Assembly (NCBI GenBank): GCA_045532655.1
Contig: JAZSGI010000203.1
Span: 1,469 to 65,468 of the forward strand
Reading direction: 5' to 3'
DNA from: Victivallaceae bacterium
GTDB taxonomy: Bacteria; Verrucomicrobiota; Lentisphaeria; Victivallales; Victivallaceae
DNA: 64,000 bases
Shown piece by piece: positions 19,234 through 27,755 of this stretch (position 1 is its first letter; each line of letters begins with the position of its first letter). The position numbers were made by a program, and so were the translations under genes. The notes beneath the pieces are model-generated. The model was not told the DNA's origin and did not search any database. It worked only from the letters and a program-made list of their open reading frames with translations.

Positions 19234-20211
19234 ATGAATATTCGGGAAATCGCTGCCGCTGCCGGAGTATCTCCGGCTACAGTATCAAGAGTTTTTAACA
19301 GAAATCCCGGAGTCAGTCCTGCTGTTGCGGAACGTGTATTGCAGGCGGCGCGGGAAAATAATTATCATCCCCGTATGCCGGAAAAACAGAAAAATGTGGT
19401 ACTCATAACCCCATACAACAATATTTATCCGGTACAGAGCTGTATAGATATGCTGCTTATGGAATTGGCGCAGGTATTGCCCAAAGCCGGATTCCGTGTG
19501 GAGATACTGCCGGTAAACAGTATTGAACGACTTGCAGAAATAAGCTTCTGCGGAGCTGTTGCAGTTGGGATCGACCCTCATGAATTAAGCGGTTGGGACA
19601 GCCGTTACGGTACTCCGCTTATTTTTCTGGACAGACATCCTGCGGAGAACGCAGCAAAAGAGTATAATGTGTGTTATGTGAATTCCGATGAAACAATGGG
19701 GATGGAACTTGCTCTCGATCATCTTGCCGGTCGCGGATGTTGTAAAATCGGTTGTATCATTCACGGCGAACCCGGTGAAGGTAATTGTTCCATCCGCTAC
19801 CGGGCAATTGCAGACTGGTTTCAGAAAAAATCCATCCCTTTTGATGAACGTCTTGTTCTTTTTGCCGGAAATGACAGTGGCAAATATGTGGAGCTGACCG
19901 GAAAATTACTGAAGTACGGATGCGATGCTCTTTTCTGTCCCGGAGGCAATGCCGGAATAACTGTATTGTATGCGCTGTCGCTTTACGGGAAAAAGGTTCC
20001 GGAAGATATTTCACTCATAGCTTCGGAGCAAAGTTTCTTTTCCAAATACGCTGTTCCGCCACAGACTGCTGTTACCCAGCAGTACGATCTTGTGGCTGCT
20101 GCTGTGGTAAAAGTTTTGCAGCAAAGCATGTCCGGAACTCCTGTGTCTGCAGTCACAACTTTACCGTACCGCCTGATACACAGAGAGAGTGTCAGACCGG
20201 AACTGTATTAA
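19234..20211 (+). CDS. LacI family transcriptional regulator
   Basis: HTH motif MNIREIAAAAGVSPATVSRVFN followed by a periplasmic-binding-protein-like sugar-binding fold. GGAGAA lies 8 nt upstream. It is divergent from the 14.6-19.1 kb operon. Confidence 0.85.
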   Translation: MNIREIAAAAGVSPATVSRVFNRNPGVSPAVAERVLQAARENNYHPRMPEKQKNVVLITPYNNIYPVQSCIDMLLMELAQVLPKAGFRVEILPVNSIERLAEISFCGAVAVGIDPHELSGWDSRYGTPLIFLDRHPAENAAKEYNVCYVNSDETMGMELALDHLAGRGCCKIGCIIHGEPGEGNCSIRYRAIADWFQKKSIPFDERLVLFAGNDSGKYVELTGKLLKYGCDALFCPGGNAGITVLYALSLYGKKVPEDISLIASEQSFFSKYAVPPQTAVTQQYDLVAAAVVKVLQQSMSGTPVSAVTTLPYRLIHRESVRPELY

Positions 20212-21050
20212 AGGGTTGGCGTATATTTACGGCCTTTGGTTTTACGGAACTCTGCCGGAGATACGCCGGTTGCCCGCCGGAAACTTCTGGAAAATGCAAA
20301 AGGGTGTTCATAACCGCACATATTTGCTATAGTTTTTATGGGATACTCTGTCAGCAGTAAAAGTTCTTCCGCCAGTTCCAGACGGAACTTTTTCAGCAGC
20401 TGAAACGGGGATATACCATAATGTTTACGGCAGAGTGCAAAGAAGTAAGAAACTGATATCCCGCAGTAATTTGCCATCTTTTCCACACTCCATTCCTCTT
20501 GCGGATGCAGGTGCATCCTATTTTTCAGCATTTGAAATACTGTTTTGCTGCCGGAGGAGCGTAACTCCTCTTCCAGCAGGGCAAAGAGCAGACGGCCGAG
20601 GGGACGGCGGATCGATTCGGAGTTTTCTCCGGCATCAATACCGGCGGCTTTGGTCAGCAGCTGCCAGATGAGTTCAGGATCTTTGGCTTTGCCATGTCTG
20701 AATACAGGATCTCCCCATACAGAATCCGGGGTGAGCAGGAGAAAGAAACTTTGACATTTCACAGCAGAGGATATTTTCTGTATACCGCCTGCTGGCATTA
20801 TAAGGATTTCTCCGGCCTTCAGGATGCCGGATGTATTTTCGTAGGTGTAATTGAATTCTCCGCGGCGGCAGTAAAGTACATTATGACGTTTTGATTCCGG
20901 GTAAGTTACCATATACCCGGGGGTATATGAACATACTCCTGCCATAAAAATGTTTTTACCGAAATATTCTTTGCCGCCGAGAGAGGAAAAGTCAACGAAC
21001 CGTTCAGAACTTCCTGGTGGAATAAAAATAGTTTTGGTTAGGTTTTTCAT
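20208..21050 (-). CDS. AraC family transcriptional regulator
   Basis: 280 aa. N-terminal cupin-like sensor (ILIMPAGG) and a C-terminal double HTH (WSVEKMANYCGISVSYFFALCRKHYGISP...IANMCGYEHPFAFSRSFRRATGVSPAEFR). It is divergent from abfA. Confidence 0.85.
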   Translation of the reverse strand: MKNLTKTIFIPPGSSERFVDFSSLGGKEYFGKNIFMAGVCSYTPGYMVTYPESKRHNVLYCRRGEFNYTYENTSGILKAGEILIMPAGGIQKISSAVKCQSFFLLLTPDSVWGDPVFRHGKAKDPELIWQLLTKAAGIDAGENSESIRRPLGRLLFALLEEELRSSGSKTVFQMLKNRMHLHPQEEWSVEKMANYCGISVSYFFALCRKHYGISPFQLLKKFRLELAEELLLLTEYPIKTIANMCGYEHPFAFSRSFRRATGVSPAEFRKTKGRKYTPTL

Positions 21051-21072
21051 ATTTATTGCCTGCAGGTTTTTT

Positions 21073-21101
21073 TTGAATATTCAGAATATATGTCATATAT
21101 T
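21073..21101 (+). promoter_or_regulatory. Sigma-70-like promoter candidate for the abfA-GRE operon
   Basis: TTGAAT (21073-21078), a 17-nt spacer, then TATATT (21096-21101). The region is AT-rich and contains the palindrome GAATATTC. Chance matches are plausible in AT-rich DNA. Confidence 0.3.
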
Positions 21102-21145
21102 AATATAGTTTGATATAACGATAATGCAAAAAAGCGAGGCTGTTT

Positions 21146-22669
21146 ATGAAAGCAAAATTGACAGTAAATAAGAACTTCACTATCGGTGAAGCCGATAAAA
21201 ATATTTTCGGCGGGTTCCTTGAGCACCTCGGCAGATGTATATATAATGGTATTTATGAGCCGGAGCACGAACAGGCAGACGAAAACGGCTTCAGAAAAGA
21301 TGTCATCGAACTGGTAAGAGAACTTGATATGCCTTTGACCCGTTATCCCGGCGGTAACTTTGTTTCCGGTTATGACTGGAAAGATGGCATCGGCCCTGTA
21401 GAAAAACGTCCTGTGCGTGCAGATTACGCCTGGAAGTCCCTTGAACCGAATCTTGTGGGGATAGATGAGTTTATAAAGTGGTGCCGTCTGGCTGGTACAG
21501 AACCGGTCTATGCAGTAAATATCTGTACCAATACTCCCAAAGCTGCACAGGAGCTTGTGGAATATTGCAATTCTTCCAAAAACAGCTATTGGAGCAATAA
21601 ACGCCGGGAAAATGGTTCAGAGGCTCCTTACAACATCCGTTACTGGTGTCTGGGCAACGAGGTTGACGGGGAGTGGCAGATAGGACATATGACTTCGCAG
21701 GAATACGGCCGTGCGGCTCATGAAGCCGCCAAAATGATGCGTATGGTCGATCCGGATATCAAACTTTGCGCCTGCGGGTCATCTACTTGCGGTATGCCGA
21801 CATACGGTACATGGGACAGGGAAATAATGGAACATCTTTTTGACGATGTCGATTATCTTTCCATACATATGTATTTCCGTAATGATTTCAAAAATATTCC
21901 TGAATTTCTCGCTTCAGCCGAGAGTGTTGATCAGGGTATAGAAAATGCTGTTGCCTGCTGTGATCATGTTGCCGCCTGCCGCAAATCAGCCAAAAAGATT
22001 ATGATTGCCCTTGATGAGTGGAACGTCTGGTATCGCGGCAGTACCCATGTTGCTGATGATGCCGAATGGGTTTACGGCAAGCCGCTTAATGAAGAGATCT
22101 ATGATATGGCAGATGTACTTGTTAACGGCGGGGTGCTTTTGAGTATGCTTGATCATGCAGACCGCCTTAAAGTTGGATGCCTTGCCCAGACCGTAAATGT
22201 CATTGCCCCGATCATGACCCGTACGGGAGGCGGTGCATGGCGGCAGACGATTTTTTATCCTTTCCGGGAGACTTCAAAGTATGGCAGAGGGACTGTCCTG
22301 CGCGGGGCGGTTGATTCTCCTGAATACAGCATTAAAAATCACTTTTCAAGGGACCCGGCGGAAACAAGTGTAAAATATCTCCGGGCAACCGCTGTATGGC
22401 GCAAAGAGGCTGGAGAAATTACGGTATTTGCCATCAATCGTGCCGGTGAGGAAATGGATTTTGAAGCCGTTCTCGGCGATTTTGAGGTCGAAAGTATTGT
22501 TGCAGCCTCAGAGATACATCACGATTCTCTTGATGCCGTCAATACAGGGACGGAAGAACAGGTTCGTCCCGCAGAAATAGACGGCAGCCGGTATTCACTT
22601 GCAGGAAATGTATTGCAGGCACAACTTAAACCATATTCATGGAACATGTTCAGAGTAAAGGTGGGATGA
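21146..22669 (+). CDS. abfA: Alpha-L-arabinofuranosidase, GH51
   Basis: 507 aa. The N-terminus (IFGGFLEHLGRCIYNGIYEP, RYPGGNFVSGYDWKDGIGP) and WCLGNEVDGEWQIGH (acid/base Glu context) are typical of GH51 AbfA. Confidence 0.9.
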   Translation: MKAKLTVNKNFTIGEADKNIFGGFLEHLGRCIYNGIYEPEHEQADENGFRKDVIELVRELDMPLTRYPGGNFVSGYDWKDGIGPVEKRPVRADYAWKSLEPNLVGIDEFIKWCRLAGTEPVYAVNICTNTPKAAQELVEYCNSSKNSYWSNKRRENGSEAPYNIRYWCLGNEVDGEWQIGHMTSQEYGRAAHEAAKMMRMVDPDIKLCACGSSTCGMPTYGTWDREIMEHLFDDVDYLSIHMYFRNDFKNIPEFLASAESVDQGIENAVACCDHVAACRKSAKKIMIALDEWNVWYRGSTHVADDAEWVYGKPLNEEIYDMADVLVNGGVLLSMLDHADRLKVGCLAQTVNVIAPIMTRTGGGAWRQTIFYPFRETSKYGRGTVLRGAVDSPEYSIKNHFSRDPAETSVKYLRATAVWRKEAGEITVFAINRAGEEMDFEAVLGDFEVESIVAASEIHHDSLDAVNTGTEEQVRPAEIDGSRYSLAGNVLQAQLKPYSWNMFRVKVG

Positions 22670-24720
22670 TGAACGGACGGATAAAAAATCTCAGAGAATA
22701 TATTCTTGACGGCAAACACCGCAACTGCCGCCGTACAGTTGATTGGCATCTGGCAGAAGATTTTGCCGCTGCCGGATTTACACCGTTGGAACGTTCTGTA
22801 AGGGCTTTGGAACATGTCCTTGCCGCAGAATGTCCGGCATTTATTCCGGAGAGCCGCATAGTATTTATGCGTACAGTCGCCAATCTTCCGGATTTATATA
22901 CGGCGGAGGAAATGACGGAATTGCGCAAAAAATATACTTTTTGCGAAAAAGGAGTACCATTTAATTTCACTCCGGATTATGCTTCGGTATTGGATATCGG
23001 ACTTGATGCATTCCGGGAAAAAATCCTCAATACAATGAAGGAATGTGATGAAGATGGCAGGGCGTTTCTTGCCGCATCTCTGCGCGGACTTGATGCTCTG
23101 ACCGCTCTTGTTGACAGGTATATCGCTGCTGCGGCGGAACAGGGGCTGAATGACGCTGTCGGGTTATTGAAAAGTGTCAGGCACAGAGCTCCGGAAACTT
23201 TTCCTGAAGCAATGCAGCTTTTCCGTATTCTCCATTACGCATTGTGGTGTGAAGGCGGATATCATATGGGTATAGGCAGAGTTGATGTGATTTTCCGCAA
23301 ATATTATGAAAGTGATATTGCTTCCGGCCGGTATACCGCAGAGGAGGAATTTGATTTCCTTGAAGAATTTTTCCTTACTTTCAATATAGACAGTGACCTT
23401 TATGTAGGCGTACAACAGGGGGATAATGGTCAGAGTCTGATGATCGGCGGCTGCGACAGCCGGGGTGATGATATCTGGAATCCGTTGAGTGAAAAAATAC
23501 TTGAAGCATCATGCGAACTTAAACTGATCGATCCGAAAATAAATTTTCGTGTCAACAGCAGCACCCCGGTGGAACGTCTTGCGCTCGGCAGCCGTTTGAC
23601 CCGTGCCGGATTGGGTTTCCCCCAATATTCAAATGATGATATTATGCTGCCGGCTCTGGAAAGCTGGGGGTATTCACCGGAGGACGCCCGTGATTATTCC
23701 TGTGCTGCATGCTGGGAACTGATCATTCCCGGCAAAGCATGTGAATTTGTTAATCTTGATGCCGTTTCCATTCCCGGAGTTTTGCTGGAATGTATGGACT
23801 CCCGGGCTGCTGATTTCGAAGAATTCTGCACACTTTTCCGCCGTAAGTTACGGCAGAAAACAGAGGCTGTCGTTGCCAAATATTCCAATGTTTCGGTATT
23901 GCCATCTCCCTTTGTTTCTGCCTTGTGTCCTGTTGCTTTGAGCTGCGGACGGAATATCAATGAAGCAGGTATTTATCATAACTGGGGAATGCACGGTTCC
24001 GGCATGGCTGTTGCGGCAGATTCACTGGCAGCGTTGGAGGAAATGGTTTACAGAAAGAAGATGATCTCCCTTGCTGAAATGAAAAATCTTCTGGACAGAG
24101 ATTTTGCCGGAGATGAGGAATTCCGTACCGGATTGCGTGAAAACTGTTCAAAACTCGGAGGCAAAGAACCTGAAAATGCCGAAAAGATGCTTGCCATGCT
24201 CCTGCAGTGGTGGGCGGAGGCATGGAAGGGGTTGAAAACTCCCGAGGGCGGGGTTATTCGTCCGGGGACAGGCAGTGCCATGTATTATATATGGCACAGT
24301 TCAGGGTTGGGGGCAACTCCCGACGGCAGAAAAGCCGGTGAACCCTTCCCGGCAAATTTTTCTCCGTCATTGGATATACCATTGGCAGGACCTCTTTCGG
24401 TGATCCGTTCTTTTGCGCTGCCGGAGATTGCCGGAGCGTGTAACGGGGGACCATTGACAATAGAACTCCATGACAGTGTATTTTCTGCGGACGATGCAGA
24501 GTTGAAAGTCGCTCACCTTATTGCTGAATTCATCCGCCGCGGAGGACATCAGCTGCAGTTGAATACTGTAAACAGTACAATTTTGCGGGAGGCGCAGCTG
24601 CATCCGGAACGTTACAAAAATCTGATCGTGAGGGTTTGGGGCTGGAGCGGCAGATTTGTGGAACTGGACAAAGTCTATCAGGATCATATTATCCGCAGGA
24701 GTGAATTGTCTTTTGGATAA
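22666..24720 (+). CDS. Glycyl radical enzyme, PFL2/dehydratase-like (eliminase-type), unusually short at 684 aa
   Basis: C-terminal glycyl radical motif NLIVRVWGWSGRFVELDKVYQDHIIRRSE. Cys loop ARDYSCAACWELIIPG, with Glu at Cys+2. GRE core motifs NGQSLMIGG and GFPQYSNDD. The N-terminus (RIKNLREYIL) is typical of the family. Its ATG (22666) overlaps the abfA TGA (22667-22669). Confidence 0.85.
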   Translation: MMNGRIKNLREYILDGKHRNCRRTVDWHLAEDFAAAGFTPLERSVRALEHVLAAECPAFIPESRIVFMRTVANLPDLYTAEEMTELRKKYTFCEKGVPFNFTPDYASVLDIGLDAFREKILNTMKECDEDGRAFLAASLRGLDALTALVDRYIAAAAEQGLNDAVGLLKSVRHRAPETFPEAMQLFRILHYALWCEGGYHMGIGRVDVIFRKYYESDIASGRYTAEEEFDFLEEFFLTFNIDSDLYVGVQQGDNGQSLMIGGCDSRGDDIWNPLSEKILEASCELKLIDPKINFRVNSSTPVERLALGSRLTRAGLGFPQYSNDDIMLPALESWGYSPEDARDYSCAACWELIIPGKACEFVNLDAVSIPGVLLECMDSRAADFEEFCTLFRRKLRQKTEAVVAKYSNVSVLPSPFVSALCPVALSCGRNINEAGIYHNWGMHGSGMAVAADSLAALEEMVYRKKMISLAEMKNLLDRDFAGDEEFRTGLRENCSKLGGKEPENAEKMLAMLLQWWAEAWKGLKTPEGGVIRPGTGSAMYYIWHSSGLGATPDGRKAGEPFPANFSPSLDIPLAGPLSVIRSFALPEIAGACNGGPLTIELHDSVFSADDAELKVAHLIAEFIRRGGHQLQLNTVNSTILREAQLHPERYKNLIVRVWGWSGRFVELDKVYQDHIIRRSELSFG

Positions 24721-25453
24721 ATCAGAGGTCAGAGGAATCATCGGGGAAATCAGGGAATTTTGTCTTCATGACGGGCCCGGAGTAAGGACGACTCTTTTTT
24801 TGAAGGGGTGTCCTCTCCGCTGTCCATGGTGTCATAATCCTGAATTCATCCGACCTGGCGTTGAAACGGGTGTTGCCCGTTATTATACTGCATCGGAAGT
24901 TGCAAAATTGATTTTGCGGGACAGGAATATTCTGGAGACATCCGGTGGCGGTGTGACTTTTTCCGGGGGGGAAGTTCTTATGCAATGGGAATTTGCTTCT
25001 GCGATTGCCGGACTTTTGCAAGGGTTGCATATTGCAGTGGAAACCTCCGGATTTGCTTCTGCCGCCATCTATTCATCCATGCTTGACCAATGTGATTTTA
25101 TTTTTCAGGACATCAAATGCATGGATGAGGAGCTGCATAAACGTCTGACCGGAGTCGGCAACAGGCAGATATTGGAAAATTTACGTTTGCTGCAGAGATC
25201 CGGCAGACCGTATATCATCCGTATGCCTTATGTTCCGGGGTTCAATGATATTACCGGCGAAGTGGAGGCTCTTGCCCGTTTTTTGAGTTCTGCTCCCGGC
25301 AACCTGCAAAAAGTGGAAATACTGCCTTACCATGCCGGAGGTGTAAGCAAATTAAAAAAAATGGGAGTTCCGGTGCCGCCGGGCTTACAGGCAGAAGATG
25401 GTACGGTGCCGGAGGTTGTAAAGAAGATTTTGTCTGAATACGGGCTGCCGTGA
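24713..25453 (+). CDS. Glycyl radical enzyme activating enzyme (radical SAM)
   Basis: GPGVRTTLFLKGCPLRCPWCHNPE (CX3CX2C), with GGGVTFSGGEV as the SAM-binding motif. The start is uncertain. I prefer TTG 24713 (AGGAG 11 nt upstream), which gives 246 aa. In-frame GTG 24701 and ATG 24656 also exist. Confidence 0.85.
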   Translation: MDKSEVRGIIGEIREFCLHDGPGVRTTLFLKGCPLRCPWCHNPEFIRPGVETGVARYYTASEVAKLILRDRNILETSGGGVTFSGGEVLMQWEFASAIAGLLQGLHIAVETSGFASAAIYSSMLDQCDFIFQDIKCMDEELHKRLTGVGNRQILENLRLLQRSGRPYIIRMPYVPGFNDITGEVEALARFLSSAPGNLQKVEILPYHAGGVSKLKKMGVPVPPGLQAEDGTVPEVVKKILSEYGLP

Positions 25454-25524
25454 AGCCGGAACTTCTTTGCCCCCGCTTGACTTTTTCTGTAAACAGGTGT
25501 ATCTTAATCGAAAAAAGGAAATAT

Positions 25525-26925
25525 ATGGATACACTTCTCCGTGTGATCGGATGTATAAACGAATATCTCTCTGATTATGTCCTCCTGTTTTTATTGATCG
25601 GCGCCGGACTCTGTTTCAGCTGGCGCACCCGTTTTGTGCAGGTGCGCTGCCTCGGCGAAGGGTTCCGTAATGTTTTCGGTACTTTTTCCCTTAACGGGAA
25701 AAGCCGCAAAGGAGGCTTGAGTCCTTTTCAGGCTCTGACCGCCGCTGTTGCCGCCCAAGTGGGAACAGGCAATATTGTCGGTGCAGCTGGGGCAGTGATC
25801 ACCGGCGGCCCCGGAGCGATCTTCTGGATGTGGATAATCGCTTTTCTCGGTATGGCGACAATTTATGCCGAGGCGGTGCTGGCCCAGAACACTAAAGTTA
25901 CTGAAGCCGATGGCAATATACATGGCGGACCGGTCTATTACATCAAAAAGGCTTTCCCTAACTGGGCGGGGCGATTTATGGCGGTGTTTTTTGCTGCTGC
26001 AACTGTGATCGGTGTCGGATTTACCGGATGCATGGTGCAGGCCAATGCGATAGGTGCTGCGTGTCATGACGCTTTCGGTGTGCCCTCCTGGGTGATCGGA
26101 GTTTTGCTGGCACTGGCGGGCGGGGCGATTTTTATGGGCGGTGTTACCCGGCTTGCCAAAGTGACGGAGAAACTTGTTCCGGCGATGGCGATCCTTTATC
26201 TTGCGGGTGGATTTTATATTCTGGCAATGCGTTGGCAATATCTTCCGGAAACTTTCTGGATCATAATAAAATATGCATTCGATCCTGCTGCACTTATCGG
26301 CGGCAGTATCGGCTATGCTTTGAAAACTGCCGTGAGTCAGGGGGCGAAACGAGGGCTTTTTTCCAATGAGGCCGGTATGGGAACTACACCTCATGCTCAT
26401 GCAGCGGCACGGGGGACAGTACCCCATGTGCAGGGGACTGTTGCCATAATCGGGGTATTTATTGATACGGCGGTGGTATTGACCATGACGTCCTTTATTA
26501 TCATATCTGTTTTTTATGTCGGCGACGGTCCGCTTGCGCTTGCTGACGGCAGTACCTACTCCGGTTTGCTTGCCGCCAGTGGGCTTACCCAGACAAATCT
26601 TGTGGCAGAGGCAGTGGCATCTGTTACCACCGTGGGATTCGGAAGGGTGTTTGTGGCGGTTTGTCTTCTGTTTTTTGCCTTTTCCACAATAATCAGCTGG
26701 AATTATTTCGGCAGGATCAATATGCAGTACCTTTTCGGGCAGAAGTCATTAAAAATATATTCACTTATTGCCGTACTCTGTATTTTTGCCGGGACACTGC
26801 TGAAAAGCGATCTTGTCTGGGCGCTGCAGGATATGTGCAATCAGCTGATAGTTCTGCCCAATATTGCCGCTTTGCTGGTTCTTGGCCGCATCGTTGCAGA
26901 GGCTTCAAAACAAAAAGAACAATAA
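25525..26925 (+). CDS. Sodium:alanine/glycine symporter (AGCS) family transporter
   Basis: Multi-TM protein with the AGCS signature region SPFQALTAAVAAQVGTGNIVGAAGAV and GLFSNEAGMGTTPHAHAAA. The ATG at 25525 is preceded by AAGGAA. The longest ORF starts at 25450. Confidence 0.85.
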   Translation: MDTLLRVIGCINEYLSDYVLLFLLIGAGLCFSWRTRFVQVRCLGEGFRNVFGTFSLNGKSRKGGLSPFQALTAAVAAQVGTGNIVGAAGAVITGGPGAIFWMWIIAFLGMATIYAEAVLAQNTKVTEADGNIHGGPVYYIKKAFPNWAGRFMAVFFAAATVIGVGFTGCMVQANAIGAACHDAFGVPSWVIGVLLALAGGAIFMGGVTRLAKVTEKLVPAMAILYLAGGFYILAMRWQYLPETFWIIIKYAFDPAALIGGSIGYALKTAVSQGAKRGLFSNEAGMGTTPHAHAAARGTVPHVQGTVAIIGVFIDTAVVLTMTSFIIISVFYVGDGPLALADGSTYSGLLAASGLTQTNLVAEAVASVTTVGFGRVFVAVCLLFFAFSTIISWNYFGRINMQYLFGQKSLKIYSLIAVLCIFAGTLLKSDLVWALQDMCNQLIVLPNIAALLVLGRIVAEASKQKEQ

Positions 26926-26961
26926 ATACGCTCCTGCAAAAGCGGAGCAGAAAGGATTTTT

Positions 26962-27594
26962 ATGACAAAAACTATTGTTTTTCAGGGTGATTCCATTACC
27001 GATGCCGGTCGCAGTTATGATGCATCTCTGCCTGCCAATACTTTGCTGGGCGGCGGATATGTCTGTACAACGGCTGTTGATCTTGCCGCTTATGAACCGG
27101 AAAAGGAATGGCAAGTCTATAACCGTGGTATAAGCGGCAACAGGGTGGTGGATCTTTATGCAAGATGGAAGGTGGATGCCCTGAATTTGCGTCCTGATAT
27201 ATTGAGTATTCTTATCGGTGTCAATGATCTGTGGCACGAAATTGATTTCAAGAATGGTGTGGAAGTACCCCGTTATGATACTTTTTACCGCATGATCATG
27301 GATTGGACACGCAAAGAATTGCCGGAAACAAAAATTATTCTTATAGAGCCTTTTGTGCTTGTTACCGGTGCAGTTACAGAAGATTGGCTGGACGATATAA
27401 ACGCCCGCAGAGAAGTCGTGAAAAAAATTGCAGAGGATTATGGTACTTTGTTCCTTCCGGCACAGAGTGTTTTTGACGAAGCCTGCAAACGTGCTCCTGC
27501 AAGTTACTGGCTGCAGGATGGAGTACACCCCACTTCATGGGGACACAGGCTCCTGGCAGATGCCTGGCTGAAAGCAACTGAAAGTATCCGCTGA
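26962..27594 (+). CDS. SGNH/GDSL hydrolase (esterase)
   Basis: Block I IVFQGDSITDAG, block III GVNDLW, and block V DGVHPTSWGH. Confidence 0.8.
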   Translation: MTKTIVFQGDSITDAGRSYDASLPANTLLGGGYVCTTAVDLAAYEPEKEWQVYNRGISGNRVVDLYARWKVDALNLRPDILSILIGVNDLWHEIDFKNGVEVPRYDTFYRMIMDWTRKELPETKIILIEPFVLVTGAVTEDWLDDINARREVVKKIAEDYGTLFLPAQSVFDEACKRAPASYWLQDGVHPTSWGHRLLADAWLKATESIR

Positions 27595-27612
27595 TTCATT
27601 TTGTTGTTATCG

Positions 27613-27657
27613 GGCTGTTGCAAAACCTCAAAAAAAGGCAGGCAACAGCCTTTTTTT
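27613..27657 (+). terminator. Rho-independent terminator ending the abfA-GRE-symporter-esterase operon
   Basis: GGCTGTTGC (27613-27621) pairs with GCAACAGCC (27642-27650) and is followed by TTTTTTT (27651-27657). Confidence 0.6.
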
Positions 27658-27755
27658 ATTGTCCGGGATGAAAATCGGAACTGTAACAATGGAGTGCGGA
27701 GAAAGAAACTTTATTCATAAAGGTTTTCTCCGCAAAACAGTTTTGCAATAATTTT

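Noticed and set aside
24656-24712. ATG at 24656 as the activase start (65-nt overlap with the GRE gene)
   Set aside because: The extra 19 residues (MWNWTKSIRIILSAGVNCL) have no counterpart in PflA-type activases. These begin about 25-30 residues before the CX3CX2C motif. TTG 24713 with AGGAG upstream fits better, but the start remains uncertain.
25591-26427. 278-aa minus-strand ORF
   Set aside because: It is antisense to the AGCS symporter gene. Its composition is Arg/Ser/His-rich and unlike a real protein.
27696-27733. Second inverted repeat GCGGAGAAA...TTTCTCCGC, considered as a terminator for the minus-strand esterase gene
   Set aside because: The 9-bp stem is real, but no U-tract follows on the minus strand. 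It could be structural, but I cannot support a terminator call.
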